From Ilumatobacteraceae bacterium (GTDB taxonomy: Bacteria > Actinomycetota > Acidimicrobiia > Acidimicrobiales > Ilumatobacteraceae): a stretch of DNA of 64,000 nt. The notes under the pieces are model-generated. The model saw only the letters and a list, made by a program, of their open reading frames with translations. It had not been told where the DNA came from and ran no database searches. The stretch spans positions 587-64,586 of the forward strand of contig CALOFW010000024.1 of NCBI GenBank assembly GCA_942492715.1, read 5' to 3'. Positions 26,740-37,600 of this stretch are shown piece by piece; the first letter of the stretch is position 1; every line of letters begins with the position of its first letter. The position numbers were made by a program, and so were the translations under genes.

Positions 26740-26899
26740 CGGCGCCCCCTTTCCCCTCGTCGGAGCGTGCCCCGCCTGCGACCGTACCGAACACGCCATG
26801 CAGGGTCAACGGCCGATCGACGAGCGGGATCCCCGACGCCGTCACGTTCGGCGTCGCCGTCTCGTCCCGCCTCGGCCGACGATCCCATAGCCTCGCCCC

Positions 26900-27865
26900 A
26901 TGCGGATCATCGTCGTCGGAGCCGGAGCGGTCGGCGGGGTCGTCGCTGCCAACCTCGCACTGGCGGGTATGCCGGTGGTCGCCGTCGCCCGCGGCGAGCA
27001 CGCCCGGGTGATGCGCGAGTCCGGGCTGCGCTACGAGTCGCCCACCGGCACCCGGATCGTCGACCTGCCCGTCGCCACGTCGGTCGGCGAGATCGACGTC
27101 ACCGACGACGACGTGTTCATGCTCGGCGTCAAGAGCCAGGACACCGTCGGCGTGCTGAACGACCTCCGCGCCGCCGGCGTCACCGACCAGCCGATCGTGT
27201 GCATGCAGAACGGCGTCGCCAACGAACGCCAGGCGCTGCGCCTGTTCCCGAACGTGTACGGCATGGTCGTCATGCTCCCCGCCGACCACCTCGCCCCCGG
27301 CGTCGTGCGGGTCTGGACCGCACCGAGCTCCGGGCTCCTCGACGTCGGCCGCTACCCGCACGGCGTCGACGACCTGAGCGTGCAGCTCGCCGCCACGCTC
27401 GAAGCGGCGACGTTCGGCTCGATCCCGCGCGCCGACATCATGAGCTGGAAGTACCGCAAGCTGCTGATGAACCTCGGCAACGCCGTCGAAGCGGTGTGCG
27501 GCCGGGACGCACGCCTCGGCGAGATGGTGCGGGCCGAAGGCGAGGCGGTGCTCGCCGCGGCAGGGATCACGGTGGTCAGCACCGAGGAGGACCTGGCCCG
27601 CCGCGGCGACGCGTTGAAGATCCAGCCCGTCGGCGACGAACCACACCGCGCCGGAGGATCGTCGTGGCAGAGCCTGCAACGCGGCACCGGCACGATCGAG
27701 ACCGACTACCTCACCGGCGAGATCGTGCTGCTCGGCCGACTCCACGGCGTCCCGACCCCCGCCAATCAGGCGCTGCAGCAGGCCGCCGCCGAGATGGCCC
27801 GCACCGGCGAAGCCCCGGCCTCACGCACCGTCGACGACGTGTTCAGATCGATCGACGCGGCCTGA
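26900..27865 (+). CDS. panE: 2-dehydropantoate 2-reductase (ketopantoate reductase) family
   Basis: MRIIVVGAGAVGGVVAANLALAG..SWKYRKLLMNLGNAVEA..SSWQSLQRG..TEIDYL-type motif TIETDYLTGEIV. Confidence 0.8.
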   Translation: MRIIVVGAGAVGGVVAANLALAGMPVVAVARGEHARVMRESGLRYESPTGTRIVDLPVATSVGEIDVTDDDVFMLGVKSQDTVGVLNDLRAAGVTDQPIVCMQNGVANERQALRLFPNVYGMVVMLPADHLAPGVVRVWTAPSSGLLDVGRYPHGVDDLSVQLAATLEAATFGSIPRADIMSWKYRKLLMNLGNAVEAVCGRDARLGEMVRAEGEAVLAAAGITVVSTEEDLARRGDALKIQPVGDEPHRAGGSSWQSLQRGTGTIETDYLTGEIVLLGRLHGVPTPANQALQQAAAEMARTGEAPASRTVDDVFRSIDAA

Positions 27866-27878
27866 CACCCGTTCGGCG

Positions 27879-28343
27879 ATGAGCGAGACTGACTCGGTGC
27901 TCGCCCGCTCCGCCATCGTGTTCGTCATCGTCGGGGCGACGGCCGTCGCAGCGTGCGGCGACGACGCTGCGTCAGGACCGACCCCGTCATCCGCATCCGC
28001 CCCGCCCTCGACGAGCCTCGGGACCAGCGCCGACGAGCAGGCATTTCCCGACATCCTCGACGTCGCCGTCTCCGCCGAGGACGACGCGTTCCGGTTCGAC
28101 GTCACCGTTTCGTCGCCGTACGACACGCCCGAGCGCTACGCCGACGCGTGGCGGATCGTCGCCCCGGACGGCACCGAGCTCGGCGTGCGCGAACTCACCC
28201 ACGACCACGCCGCGGAGCAGCCGTTCACCCGGTCGCTCACCGACGTCGCGATCCCGCCCGACGTGACGGAGGTGACCATCGAGGGACGCGATCTGGTCAA
28301 CGGCTGGGGCGGCGCCACGATGACCGTGACGATCGAACGCTGA
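27879..28343 (+). CDS. lipoprotein, function unknown
   Basis: Signal/lipobox IVFVIVGATAVAACGDD, then a Ser/Pro linker and a ~100-aa domain. Confidence 0.6.
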   Translation: MSETDSVLARSAIVFVIVGATAVAACGDDAASGPTPSSASAPPSTSLGTSADEQAFPDILDVAVSAEDDAFRFDVTVSSPYDTPERYADAWRIVAPDGTELGVRELTHDHAAEQPFTRSLTDVAIPPDVTEVTIEGRDLVNGWGGATMTVTIER

Positions 28344-28377
28344 CGATCGAACGCTCGAACGCTGACGATCGAACGCT
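28328..28377. repeat. 14-bp tandem repeat GACGATCGAACGCT (3 copies plus an 8-bp partial) spanning the stop codon
   Basis: Copies at 28328, 28342 and 28364. Partial CGAACGCT at 28356. Confidence 0.6.
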
Positions 28378-28385
28378 GAGGTCGG

Positions 28386-29234
28386 CTACCGCGCGTCGGC
28401 GAGGGGCGTCGCGTCGGGCGGGATGCGCAGCGCGGTCATCTGCGTCGACTGCATCACGAGACGATCCTCGCTGTCCCACGCTTCGCAGATCTCGTCGGCG
28501 TAGCCATCGTGGATCACCTGCACACGGAACCGCAGCCGCAACGGCCCCGGCACCGGGATCGCACGGTTGTAGACCGTGATCGCCAGCGTCGGCACCCACC
28601 CCGTCTGCACCACCCCGAACGTCGCCGGCGGCATCACGTCCGACGCGTAGAGCAACCCGACGGTGTCGAACACGTCGTCGACCTCGTCACGCAGATACGA
28701 CCGGAACTCGCCACCGCCGACCGCCGTCGGCCCGTCGGGCGTCATCTTGAAGCCCGCGTCGGGGTCGAACCGCAACGAGATGCCGCGCTCGTCGGACATC
28801 GGCGACTGCGCCAGGCCCTCGAGCGCGGGGAACGGGCACGGGGCGATCTCGCCCCAGAACGGCGCGGTCGCCTCGTGCAGCGTCCCGAGCGTGAACTGCG
28901 CACGCACCCCACGGACGCCGTCGACACCGATCGTCGCGTTGACCTGGCTGGCGGTCTTGCCGACCCGGTCGACCTCGGTGACGATCTGCGCCGGGCCGAG
29001 GTCGGGCGACGACAGGAACTGCGCCGACGCGGAGATGACGTGCTCGTGCGTCGAGCCGGCCTCCCGCGCAGCGTCGAGCGCCGCCCGACCGAGACAGGCG
29101 AGCATGTAGCCGCCGTTCGGCTTCGAGCCCATGATCGCGTACTCGTCGACGAGCTCGACGTCGTAGTGCCGGCGCCCGACATCGTCGTGGCCGCGTGGAA
29201 CGATCGAGGTCGCCGCTTCGAAGGTGGTGGGCAT
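28386..29234 (-). CDS. acyl-CoA thioesterase (TesB-like double hotdog) family protein
   Basis: MPTTFEAATSIVP..MGSKPNGGYMLACLGRAALDA..TGWVPTLAITVY. About 282 aa. Confidence 0.7.
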   Translation of the reverse strand: MPTTFEAATSIVPRGHDDVGRRHYDVELVDEYAIMGSKPNGGYMLACLGRAALDAAREAGSTHEHVISASAQFLSSPDLGPAQIVTEVDRVGKTASQVNATIGVDGVRGVRAQFTLGTLHEATAPFWGEIAPCPFPALEGLAQSPMSDERGISLRFDPDAGFKMTPDGPTAVGGGEFRSYLRDEVDDVFDTVGLLYASDVMPPATFGVVQTGWVPTLAITVYNRAIPVPGPLRLRFRVQVIHDGYADEICEAWDSEDRLVMQSTQMTALRIPPDATPLADAR

Positions 29235-29391
29235 CGGAATCCTTGGAAGGTGGGGGTCGGGATCGTGCGCCGCCGCGCCACGATCGCACGAGGGTAGCGA
29301 CGAGACGCCGCGCCGGTCAGATCGCACGACCGCTCGGGGCGACACTGCGCCGGGGCCGCCAGCGGGCGCGTTGCGAGCACCGAATTCCGGT

Positions 29392-30573
29392 TCAGCGGAG
29401 CTGGTCGGCGATCGCGTCGGCCACGGTGTGGGCGTCACGGTCGATCGCCCAGAGCGTTCCCGTCAGCGGGACACGGAAGCCCACGAACCCGAGGCCCGGC
29501 CGGGGCACGGCGTCGGTCGGACGACCGTCGTCGTCGAGCACGCCGAGGTGACCCACGAGCGACTCCAGCGCGGTCCGATAGCCGGTCGCAGCGATCACGT
29601 GGTCGACCTCCACGTGGCTTCCGTCGACCAGTCGTGCGCCCGCCGCGTCGAGGTCGGCAACGGCGTCGACCACCCGCACTCGACCGGACCGGATCAACTC
29701 GACGATGCCGTCCGCCGTCATCGGCTCCTTGCACTCGCCGAGCAACTGCATCATCGGCCGTTCCGGCTCCGGGAGATAGTCGCGCGGGCCGTAGATCCCG
29801 CGCTCGAGCCACGGCACGATCCGATCCAACCACGCGTCCGGTAGCACCTCACCGGCCGGCGCGAACGGAGTGGAGGGCACGCCCACGACCTCGCGGGGCA
29901 GCACCTGCGGAGCGCTCCGCACCGCCCACGTGACGTCGACGCCGGCGCCGGCGAGGTCGACGCAGATCTCACCACCGGAACTGCCGGCGCCGACCACGAG
30001 CACCCGTGCGTCCATGTGGTCGTCGGGACTGCGGTAGTCCGCTGCGTGCAGGAACCTGCCCGAGAACCGTTCGACTCCCGGCCACGACGGCATCTTCGGC
30101 GCACGGGAAGCCCCGGTCGCCACGACGACGGCATCGACGCGCCGATCTCCCGACGGACCGGCCACCTCCCACCTCCGTCCGGTGGGCTCGATCGTCGACA
30201 CCTCCGCGTCAGCACCCAATTGGCACTCCAGTCGGTGATGAGCTGCGTACCGTTCGAGGTAGGTCACGATGTCGTCGCGCCCGACCCAACGGCCCAGCGA
30301 CCGTTCCATCCGATACCCCGGCAGGTCGGACATCCACCGCACCGTGTTCAAGCGCAGCGAGTCGTAGCGGTCGGCCCAGGACGAACCGATGCGCTCGTCG
30401 CGATCGAGCACGATCGCCCTCACCTGCGCCCGGCGGAGCAGCGCCGCCGTCGCCAGACCGGCCGGCCCGGCGCCGATCACCGCCACCGTCGACGCATCGT
30501 CCGCCGGTAGCGGCGCGGCCCACGGCCGCACCCGCTCGACGAAACGTCTCGCCACGAGATCCGGTCGGTCCAC
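29392..30573 (-). CDS. flavin-containing monooxygenase-type NAD(P)/FAD-dependent oxidoreductase
   Basis: VAVIGAGPAGLATAALL. WADRYDSLRLNT. Second dinucleotide site VLVVGAGSSGGEI. ATGYR. The GTG start at 30573 is tentative. Confidence 0.8.
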   Translation of the reverse strand: MDRPDLVARRFVERVRPWAAPLPADDASTVAVIGAGPAGLATAALLRRAQVRAIVLDRDERIGSSWADRYDSLRLNTVRWMSDLPGYRMERSLGRWVGRDDIVTYLERYAAHHRLECQLGADAEVSTIEPTGRRWEVAGPSGDRRVDAVVVATGASRAPKMPSWPGVERFSGRFLHAADYRSPDDHMDARVLVVGAGSSGGEICVDLAGAGVDVTWAVRSAPQVLPREVVGVPSTPFAPAGEVLPDAWLDRIVPWLERGIYGPRDYLPEPERPMMQLLGECKEPMTADGIVELIRSGRVRVVDAVADLDAAGARLVDGSHVEVDHVIAATGYRTALESLVGHLGVLDDDGRPTDAVPRPGLGFVGFRVPLTGTLWAIDRDAHTVADAIADQLR

Positions 30574-30693
30574 GATGTCTCCGGACCCTACCTTCGCCCC
30601 GGTCCGTTGGTTCCGGGTGGATGCCGAGGGCTGCTGACGCCGAGTATCGCTGGACGACAGGCACGACCGGGCCCGGGGCGCGAGACTGAGACG

Positions 30694-31038
30694 ATGGCCT
30701 TCGGACAAGCATCGGGTCCGCCCGCGTCACACAGCCAGATGCGTGAGCTGACCGAGTTGCTGCACGCAGCAGGCCACTCGGACTTCAGAGACGCTCGCGG
30801 CCCGATGGGCTTCACGCAGCGCCAGGCCAGTGGCAAGTTCACCCGTGACGAGGCCGACGAGTTCATCGCTGCGCTCCAGGAAGCGGCGGAGGGGGCTCCC
30901 GAGACCGAGACCGCACCCGTGTCGGCCAGGCCGAAGCCGGCTCAGCGTGACCGTTCGCAAGCACAGCTGGAGAAGTTCTCCGACGAACAACTCGCCGCGG
31001 AGCTCCAACGCCGCGGCTGGGTGGTGATGGAACCCTGA
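30694..31038 (+). CDS. hypothetical protein
   Basis: MAFGQASGPPASHSQMRELTELLHAAGHSDFRDARGPMGFTQRQASGKFTRDEADEFIAAL..EQLAAELQRRGWVVMEP. Confidence 0.55.
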   Translation: MAFGQASGPPASHSQMRELTELLHAAGHSDFRDARGPMGFTQRQASGKFTRDEADEFIAALQEAAEGAPETETAPVSARPKPAQRDRSQAQLEKFSDEQLAAELQRRGWVVMEP

Positions 31039-31135
31039 CGGCCGGCGGCGCGATGGCGTCGCACACATGACCCCCCGGCAGCGAGATCTCGTTGCGTGCG
31101 CAACTCTGTCACACCCCCTACGTACCGTTGGAGGC

Positions 31136-32656
31136 ATGAACACCGAGCTCCTCGACGAGGTCACCGGCCGGGTCGACCGGCCGATCGATCAGGTCGCCGA
31201 CGAGCTGATCGATGCCACCGAGGCCGAGCTCGACGAGCGGATCCGCAGCCTCGAACTCCTGCGCCGTCGCGTCGACGCCGAGCTGGCGGTGACCGTTGCG
31301 GCGGCCGAACGGCGACGGGTGTTCCTCGCCGACGGGCACCGCACGATGAAGGGCTACCTGCGCGCCACGTGCAACTGGTCGAACGCCGACATCGCCGGCG
31401 AGCGGCGCCTCGCGAAGGCCACCGACCACGTGCCCGGCCTCGCCGAGGCGCTCCACAGCGGCCGGGTCGGCACGGCGCAGGCGGCGGCGATCGCCCGGGT
31501 CGATCGCAACCCGAGGGTCCGTGACCGGCTCGTCGAGTTCGCACCCACCCTGCTCGAGCTCGCCGAACACCTCTGCCACGACGACTTCGTGCTCGCCCTG
31601 CAGCGCTTCGAGCTGCTCGCCGACACCGACGGCGCCCACCGCGACCGCGACGAACAACACGACCGTCGCAACGTCCACGTCACCACCGTCGGCGGGGCCC
31701 TCCACCTCGACGCCGCCGGGGGCGACGCGCTGGTCAACGACGAACTCGAAGCGATCTTCAACCGGTTCTGCGAGCACGAGTTCCGCCACGACACCGCAGC
31801 CCGGCGCGCCGAACACGGCGACGACGCGGCAGGCAAGCCGCTCGCCCGCACCCACCGGCAACGCAGCTACGACGCGTTCGTCAACCTGATGCGCCGCGCC
31901 AACGCCCACCTCGACACCGTCGACGGCGCACCCGACGCATCCGGAACAGTCGTCGATGTCGTCACCGACGCCCGCACGTTCGGCCTGATCCTCGCCGACG
32001 CCGGGCTCGCACCCACCGAGAACCTCACCGGAGCGCCGATCGACCCGTTCACCGGCCTTCCCGCCGGTGCTGAACGCGACCTCCTGCGCGACCTGCTCGC
32101 CGACCTCGACGCATTCGCGTCGATGCGCTGCGAGACCAGCCGCGGCACACTGCTCCACCCGCACGACGTGCTGCGCGCCACGCTCGCCGGACACGTCCGC
32201 CGGGTCGTCGTCGACGCACGCAGCGTCCCCATCGACATGGGCCGCAAACAACGACTCTTCACCGGCGCCGCCCGCGAGGCCGCCAAACTCCTCGCACGAC
32301 GCTGCGACCACGCCGGCTGCGACCTCCCCGACGACTTCTGCGACGTCGACCACGTCACCGAATGGAACGATGGCGGACCCACCGACCAGGACAACGCCGG
32401 CATCGAATGCCAGCACCACAACCACCTCAAACACCGACGACGCACCACCACCCGCCGCGGCGTCCACGGCCAGCGCTACACGATCCGACCCGACGGCAGC
32501 ATCATCCTCCCCGTCGGCGCCCGGCCACCCACGTTCCCCACCGAAGCCGACGACGGAGACGACCCATCCGCCACCGCTGCCCGAGAAGCCATCGAGACCG
32601 CCGAATCGACACGAATCGCCCGTGCACGCCTGCGGCGCCTCCGGCGCGCGGCATGA
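31136..32656 (+). CDS. DUF222 + HNH endonuclease protein (actinobacterial 13E12-repeat family type)
   Basis: N-terminal DUF222-like ELDERIRSLELLRRRVDAELAVTVAAAERRRVFLADGHRTMKGYL. HNH motif DVDHVTEWNDGGPTDQDNAGIECQHHNHLKH. Confidence 0.8.
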   Translation: MNTELLDEVTGRVDRPIDQVADELIDATEAELDERIRSLELLRRRVDAELAVTVAAAERRRVFLADGHRTMKGYLRATCNWSNADIAGERRLAKATDHVPGLAEALHSGRVGTAQAAAIARVDRNPRVRDRLVEFAPTLLELAEHLCHDDFVLALQRFELLADTDGAHRDRDEQHDRRNVHVTTVGGALHLDAAGGDALVNDELEAIFNRFCEHEFRHDTAARRAEHGDDAAGKPLARTHRQRSYDAFVNLMRRANAHLDTVDGAPDASGTVVDVVTDARTFGLILADAGLAPTENLTGAPIDPFTGLPAGAERDLLRDLLADLDAFASMRCETSRGTLLHPHDVLRATLAGHVRRVVVDARSVPIDMGRKQRLFTGAAREAAKLLARRCDHAGCDLPDDFCDVDHVTEWNDGGPTDQDNAGIECQHHNHLKHRRRTTTRRGVHGQRYTIRPDGSIILPVGARPPTFPTEADDGDDPSATAAREAIETAESTRIARARLRRLRRAA

Positions 32657-32763
32657 ACGAGCCGCTCGGCTGTTGAGTTCCCCACCCGAAGCTCGGCCCA
32701 CCTCGCGCGCGGAATGGATCGGCTGCGTCGTTTGTTGACCCCTCCGCCTCACCCGCGAGGATC

Positions 32764-33168
32764 ATGGCGATGCCCCACCCCACTCCCCCCAGCCGACGCG
32801 CGCGGCCCGGTGCTCCTGACCGGATCATCGTCAACGGGCTCGTCGTCGACGCCCACATCGGGGTGCACGACTTCGAGCGGGAGGCCACACAGCGCGTCCG
32901 GTTCGACATCGAGATCGACACCGTCGACGACTACGCCGACCGCATGCGGGCCACCGGCGCCTACGTCTCCTACGCCGACGTCGTCGAGTTCGTCGAGGAG
33001 CGGGCCGCGTCCGGCGACCACGTCGAACTCGTCGAGACGTGGGCCGAGGACGTGGCGGCCTTCGCCCTGACCAACGAGCTCGCCCAGGCGGTGCGGGTCA
33101 CGGTCCAGAAGCTCGACATCTTCGACGCCGCCGACGGCGTCGGCATCTCGATCGAGCGGTCGCGATGA
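32764..33168 (+). CDS. folB: dihydroneopterin aldolase
   Basis: RIIVNGLVVDAHIGVHDFEREATQRVRFDIEID..YADVVEFV. Confidence 0.8.
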   Translation: MAMPHPTPPSRRARPGAPDRIIVNGLVVDAHIGVHDFEREATQRVRFDIEIDTVDDYADRMRATGAYVSYADVVEFVEERAASGDHVELVETWAEDVAAFALTNELAQAVRVTVQKLDIFDAADGVGISIERSR

Positions 33169-33710
33169 GCCAACCACCGACGCCGACGACCCGCTGCCTG
33201 ATCGCGCTCGGCTCCAACCTCGGCGAGCGGCTGCAGAACCTGCGCGCGGGCGTGGCCGGGATCGAGGACGCCGACGGCATCGACGTCGTCGCCGTCTCGC
33301 CCCTCTACGAGACCGCGCCGGTCGGCGGGCCCGACGACCAGGGCCCGTACCTCAACGCCGCGCTCGTCGCCGACACGACCCTCGACGCCGCCGACGTCCT
33401 GGCGCTCCTGCACCGCATCGAAGCCGGGCAAGAGCGCCAGCGAACCGTGCACTGGGGACCGCGCACCCTCGACCTCGACCTGCTCGTGCACGGCGACTTC
33501 ATCTCCGACACAGCCACGCTGGAGGTTCCCCACCCGCGGATGCACGAGCGCCGGTTCGTGATGGTCCCCGTGTGCGACGTCGCGCCGGACCTCGTCCACC
33601 CCCGCCTCGGCCGCACGATGGGCGACCTCCTCGCCGACCTCCCCGTCGAGCCCGGCGACCTCACCGAACTCGACGACACCTGGCACACCGTGTCGGAAGG
33701 CAGCTCATGA
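33165..33710 (+). CDS. folK: 2-amino-4-hydroxy-6-hydroxymethyldihydropteridine diphosphokinase
   Basis: ATGA overlap with folB. CLIALGSNLGERL..SPLYETAPVGGP..GPRTLDLDLLVHG..EVPHPRMHERRFV. Confidence 0.85.
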   Translation: MSQPPTPTTRCLIALGSNLGERLQNLRAGVAGIEDADGIDVVAVSPLYETAPVGGPDDQGPYLNAALVADTTLDAADVLALLHRIEAGQERQRTVHWGPRTLDLDLLVHGDFISDTATLEVPHPRMHERRFVMVPVCDVAPDLVHPRLGRTMGDLLADLPVEPGDLTELDDTWHTVSEGSS

Positions 33711-34609
33711 TCACCCCCGACGTCCTGCTCCCCCTCTGGGAAGCCCACCGCGCCGCGCTCGACCATCCGGTCCGCACGATCGAGCTCCCGGGACGGGTCT
33801 TCGACGATCGCCCGTACCAGCTCGGCGTGATCAACCTGTCACGCGACTCGTCGTACCGCGAGAGCATCGTCCACGACGTCCCCGCGGCGCTGTACCGCGC
33901 CCGCCGGATGACGATCGAGGGTGCAGCGATGATCGACATCGGCGCCGAGTCGACCGGCACCGACGCCGAAGTCGTCGACATCGACGGCCAGCTCGCCTCC
34001 CTGCTCCCGGTGGTCGATGCGCTCATCGCCGACGGGCTCCTGGTGTCGGTCGAGACGTACCACACCGATGTCGCCGTGGCCGCCCTCGAGGCCGGCGCAC
34101 AGGTCATCAACCTCACCGGCAGGGTCGACGACCCGGCCCTGTACGAGGCGATCGCCCGCCACGACGCCGGCCTCATCCTCTGCTACACGCCGGGCGACAC
34201 GGCGCGGTCCGACGCCGACGTGCCGCCGGTCGACACGATGATCGACGAGCAGATGACGTTCTTCCGCGAACGGCTCGGCCTCGTGACCGGCTGTGGCGTC
34301 GACAAGCTCTGGATCGACCCCGGGTTCGGATTCGCGCTCAACCTGCCCGACGGCCCCGAGCGGGTGCGCTACCAGACCGACAACCTGCTGCAGTCGTTCC
34401 GCTTCCGTGAACTCGGCTGGCCGGTCTGCGTGACGATGGCATCGTCGGTCTACCTGTTCCACGACGAGGCCCGGTCGGCCGAGACCGGCATGGCGGTGCT
34501 CGCCCTGCTCGCCAAGGCCAACCTCCTGCGCAGCCACGAGGTCGCCCGCGTCCAGCCGATCCTCGACCTGCTCGAGATCTGCGCCGACGTGCCGACGCGC
34601 CGCACCTGA
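33707..34609 (+). CDS. dihydropteroate synthase-like (pterin-binding) protein, divergent
   Basis: ATGA overlap with folK. QLGVINLSRDSSYRES replaces the canonical GIxNxTPDSFSDGG. MIDIGAEST..VSVETYH..INLTG..LWIDPGFGF. Confidence 0.7.
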   Translation: MITPDVLLPLWEAHRAALDHPVRTIELPGRVFDDRPYQLGVINLSRDSSYRESIVHDVPAALYRARRMTIEGAAMIDIGAESTGTDAEVVDIDGQLASLLPVVDALIADGLLVSVETYHTDVAVAALEAGAQVINLTGRVDDPALYEAIARHDAGLILCYTPGDTARSDADVPPVDTMIDEQMTFFRERLGLVTGCGVDKLWIDPGFGFALNLPDGPERVRYQTDNLLQSFRFRELGWPVCVTMASSVYLFHDEARSAETGMAVLALLAKANLLRSHEVARVQPILDLLEICADVPTRRT

Positions 34610-34640
34610 CAACGGCCGGCCCGGCGAGCGATCTCGCGTC

Positions 34641-37600
34641 TCAGCCGGCGCGCTCGACGAACGAACACAGCGCGGAGATCAACTCCATCTCGTCGACGTC
34701 GCGGGCGCGGGTGTCGAGCAGCTCGTCGGTGCACACCAGGTAGGCGAGACATCTCGCCCGGCTGATCGCCACGTTGAGGCGGTTCTTGGAGAAGAGGAAG
34801 TCGGCGGTACGGGGCATGAAGTCCGACGACGAGGTCGTCATCGAGAACAGCACCACCGCGGCCTCCTGGCCCTGGAACTTGTCGACGGTGCCGACCTCGA
34901 CACCCCTCGTCGCCCGGTTCGCGCGCATCGCCGCCTCGATGCAGCGGCGCTGGTCGTTGTACGGGGCGACCACCATGAAGTCGGCGACCGTCAACGGCCG
35001 GGTCACGCCGTGCTGATCGGTCCACGGCTCGCCGAGCAGCTCCTCGACCTTCGCGACGACGATCGCCGACTCCTCGGGTGACTCGGTCGAGCAGCCCTTG
35101 TGCTCGGCGCGCAGCCAGCGCAGGCCGGTCTGGCCGGCGGCCGTCTGGCCGACGCACGAGTCGTGGCTGTGGAGCTTGCCGCCGTAGATCACGTCGGAGA
35201 TGAACCCGCACACGTCGGGGTGCATCCGCCAGGTCGTCTCCAGCAGCACGCCCCGATCGGGCGGCACCGTCAACTCGTCGCCGAGCAGATGCTCCAGCGC
35301 GCTCACCCCGGAACCGCCAGGATGGCTCGCCTGGGCCACCTGCGGCAACTGCTGCGGATCGCCGAGCAGGATCACGTTGGTCGCCGAGATCGTCGCCGCC
35401 AGCGTGTCGGCCAGGCCGAGCTGACCCGCCTCGTCGACCACCAGCACGTCGACCGGGTTCTCACGCATCGGCTTGCTGGCGAACAGCCAGGTCGTGCCGG
35501 CGACCACGTTGAAGTCGCCCCGCGCCACGTTGGCGTTGTCGTCGACGTAGCGAACACCGCGAACCGACCCCTCCTTCGCCTTGCGGACCGCCCGCAGGTT
35601 CTCGGAGTCGCCCTCCTCCTCGAAGCGGTCGACGACGGCCTGCATCAGGTTGTCGATCGCCGCATGGCTCATCGCCGTCACGCCGACGCGCAGGCCGGCG
35701 TCCACGAGCGTGCGGATCATGTGCGCACCGGTGTACGTCTTGCCGGTGCCCGGCGGCCCCTGGATCGGCACGTAGCTCCGATCGAGCCCGGTCGCCCACC
35801 CGCAGATCGCGGGCACGTCGCCGACGAACACGCCACCGGCGGGGCCACGGCCCGGCTCGAACAGGGGGAGGTCACGGCGCAACATCGCGTGGCCGACCCG
35901 ATCGGCGCGACCCGCCAACAGCTCGTCGGCCAGCTCCTCCAGCGCGGTCAGCTTCGCCCCCTCCTGGAACCAGTTGTAGTGGACGAGCGACGACGGGTGC
36001 ACGCCCGCCTCCTCGGCGTTGTCGTCCCACGTCACCGACAGCTCACCGGCCTCGGCGTCGATCTGCTCGAGCTTGAAGAACACCCACTCCTGCTCGTTGA
36101 TCGCGACGATCAACTTCGAGCCCTTGGCGATGTCGACATCGATCGGTTGCGGCGGGAACGTGAAGCGCGCCCACGGCCACTTCAACGGCCTGCCGGTCTT
36201 CGCGCTGACCTGCGGCTCCAGACCCTGGAACGTCAACCGAGCGATCGCCGACAGCGACTCGAACTGATCGGCCTCGTCGGCGATCGACAGGCGGTAGGCG
36301 TCGGCGTTGACCACCTGGCGCTCACGACGCCAGTAGCCGAGCAGGTCACCCATCAGGTGCTCGACCGTGCCCGGGCCGAACGCGTGCAGCGCCTCGATGC
36401 GGGTGTCGAGCTCGGCGTCGGGCTCCTCCCGGCCGAGCACCGCATCGCGCCACGGCACGTCGGCCGGACGTTGCGTCACCAGCCAGTCGCGCAACGCCCG
36501 GGTGGCGCGCACGTCGTCCTCGTTGTAGGCGGCGATCCGATCGAGCATCGCCCGATCGCGCGACCTCATCCACCGCTCGTACTCGACGACCGCGCCCGCT
36601 CCCTGGTCGATCTCGTGGCCGCGCTCGTAGCCGGTGAGCAGCTCGATGTACTTGAGGCCGTAGCCCTCGACACCGACCTGCATCGCACCCTTCACGATCG
36701 GCAGGAGGTCGACGAACTGGCCGGTGGAGATCAGCTGTTCGAGCGCGAGTTCGGCGACGCCGTGCTCCTTCACCAGCCGTTCGAGCGACGAGCGCTCGGT
36801 GTGGTTGTAGTGGTACACGTGCATGTCGGGGAACTGCACCCGGCGGGCGGCGAGGTGATCGACGAGCGCCTTGGTGGCGACGGCCTCCTCGGGCTTGTCG
36901 TGCGCCCAGAACGCCCTGAACTCCCAGTCGCCGGTGGGCGACTTCTCGATCAGGCCGAACAGGAAGAACAGCTCGGCGTCGGCATGCCAGAACGGGTGAC
37001 CCTCGAAGTCGAGGAACACGTCACCGTCGTCGGGCGCCGGGAGCGCTGCGAACCCGATCGGGTCGGGTGCGTCGAGGTCGACGTCCAGCGCGCCGTGATC
37101 GACCGCCGACGGCGCGGCGAGCAGCTCGAACGGTGGCTTCTCGCCCGGAGCATTGCGCGCCTGCACCTGGAGGCGCGCCTGGCGGACGAACGTCGCTCGG
37201 CGCGCCGGATCGAGACCGGCCACCTCGCGGTCGAGCACTGCGAGCGCGGCGATCGTGGTGACGCCGTCCTGCTGGAGCGTCAGGCGATCGGCGGTGCGGA
37301 CACCGGCAACGTGCACGAGCGAATCGGCGGCCCGCCACGCAGCGTCGCACACCATCTCGAAGTCGCAGAACTGGCAGTGATCGCACGGCTTGGGCCGGGT
37401 GTCGGCCGGCGCATCGTCGGTCAGCAGCCTCGCGAGCTGGCCGCGCAGGCGCCGCCAGTACGCGAGCACGTCGGCCACCCGGATCGTCTCGCTCCGGCCC
37501 GAGCCCAACTCGATGTGCATCCGCTCGGGCAGCACCCCCGTGGTCGCCTCGATCGCCTCAGCGTAGAAGCACAGCTGCAGCACGTGGCCGGGCTTGGCCT

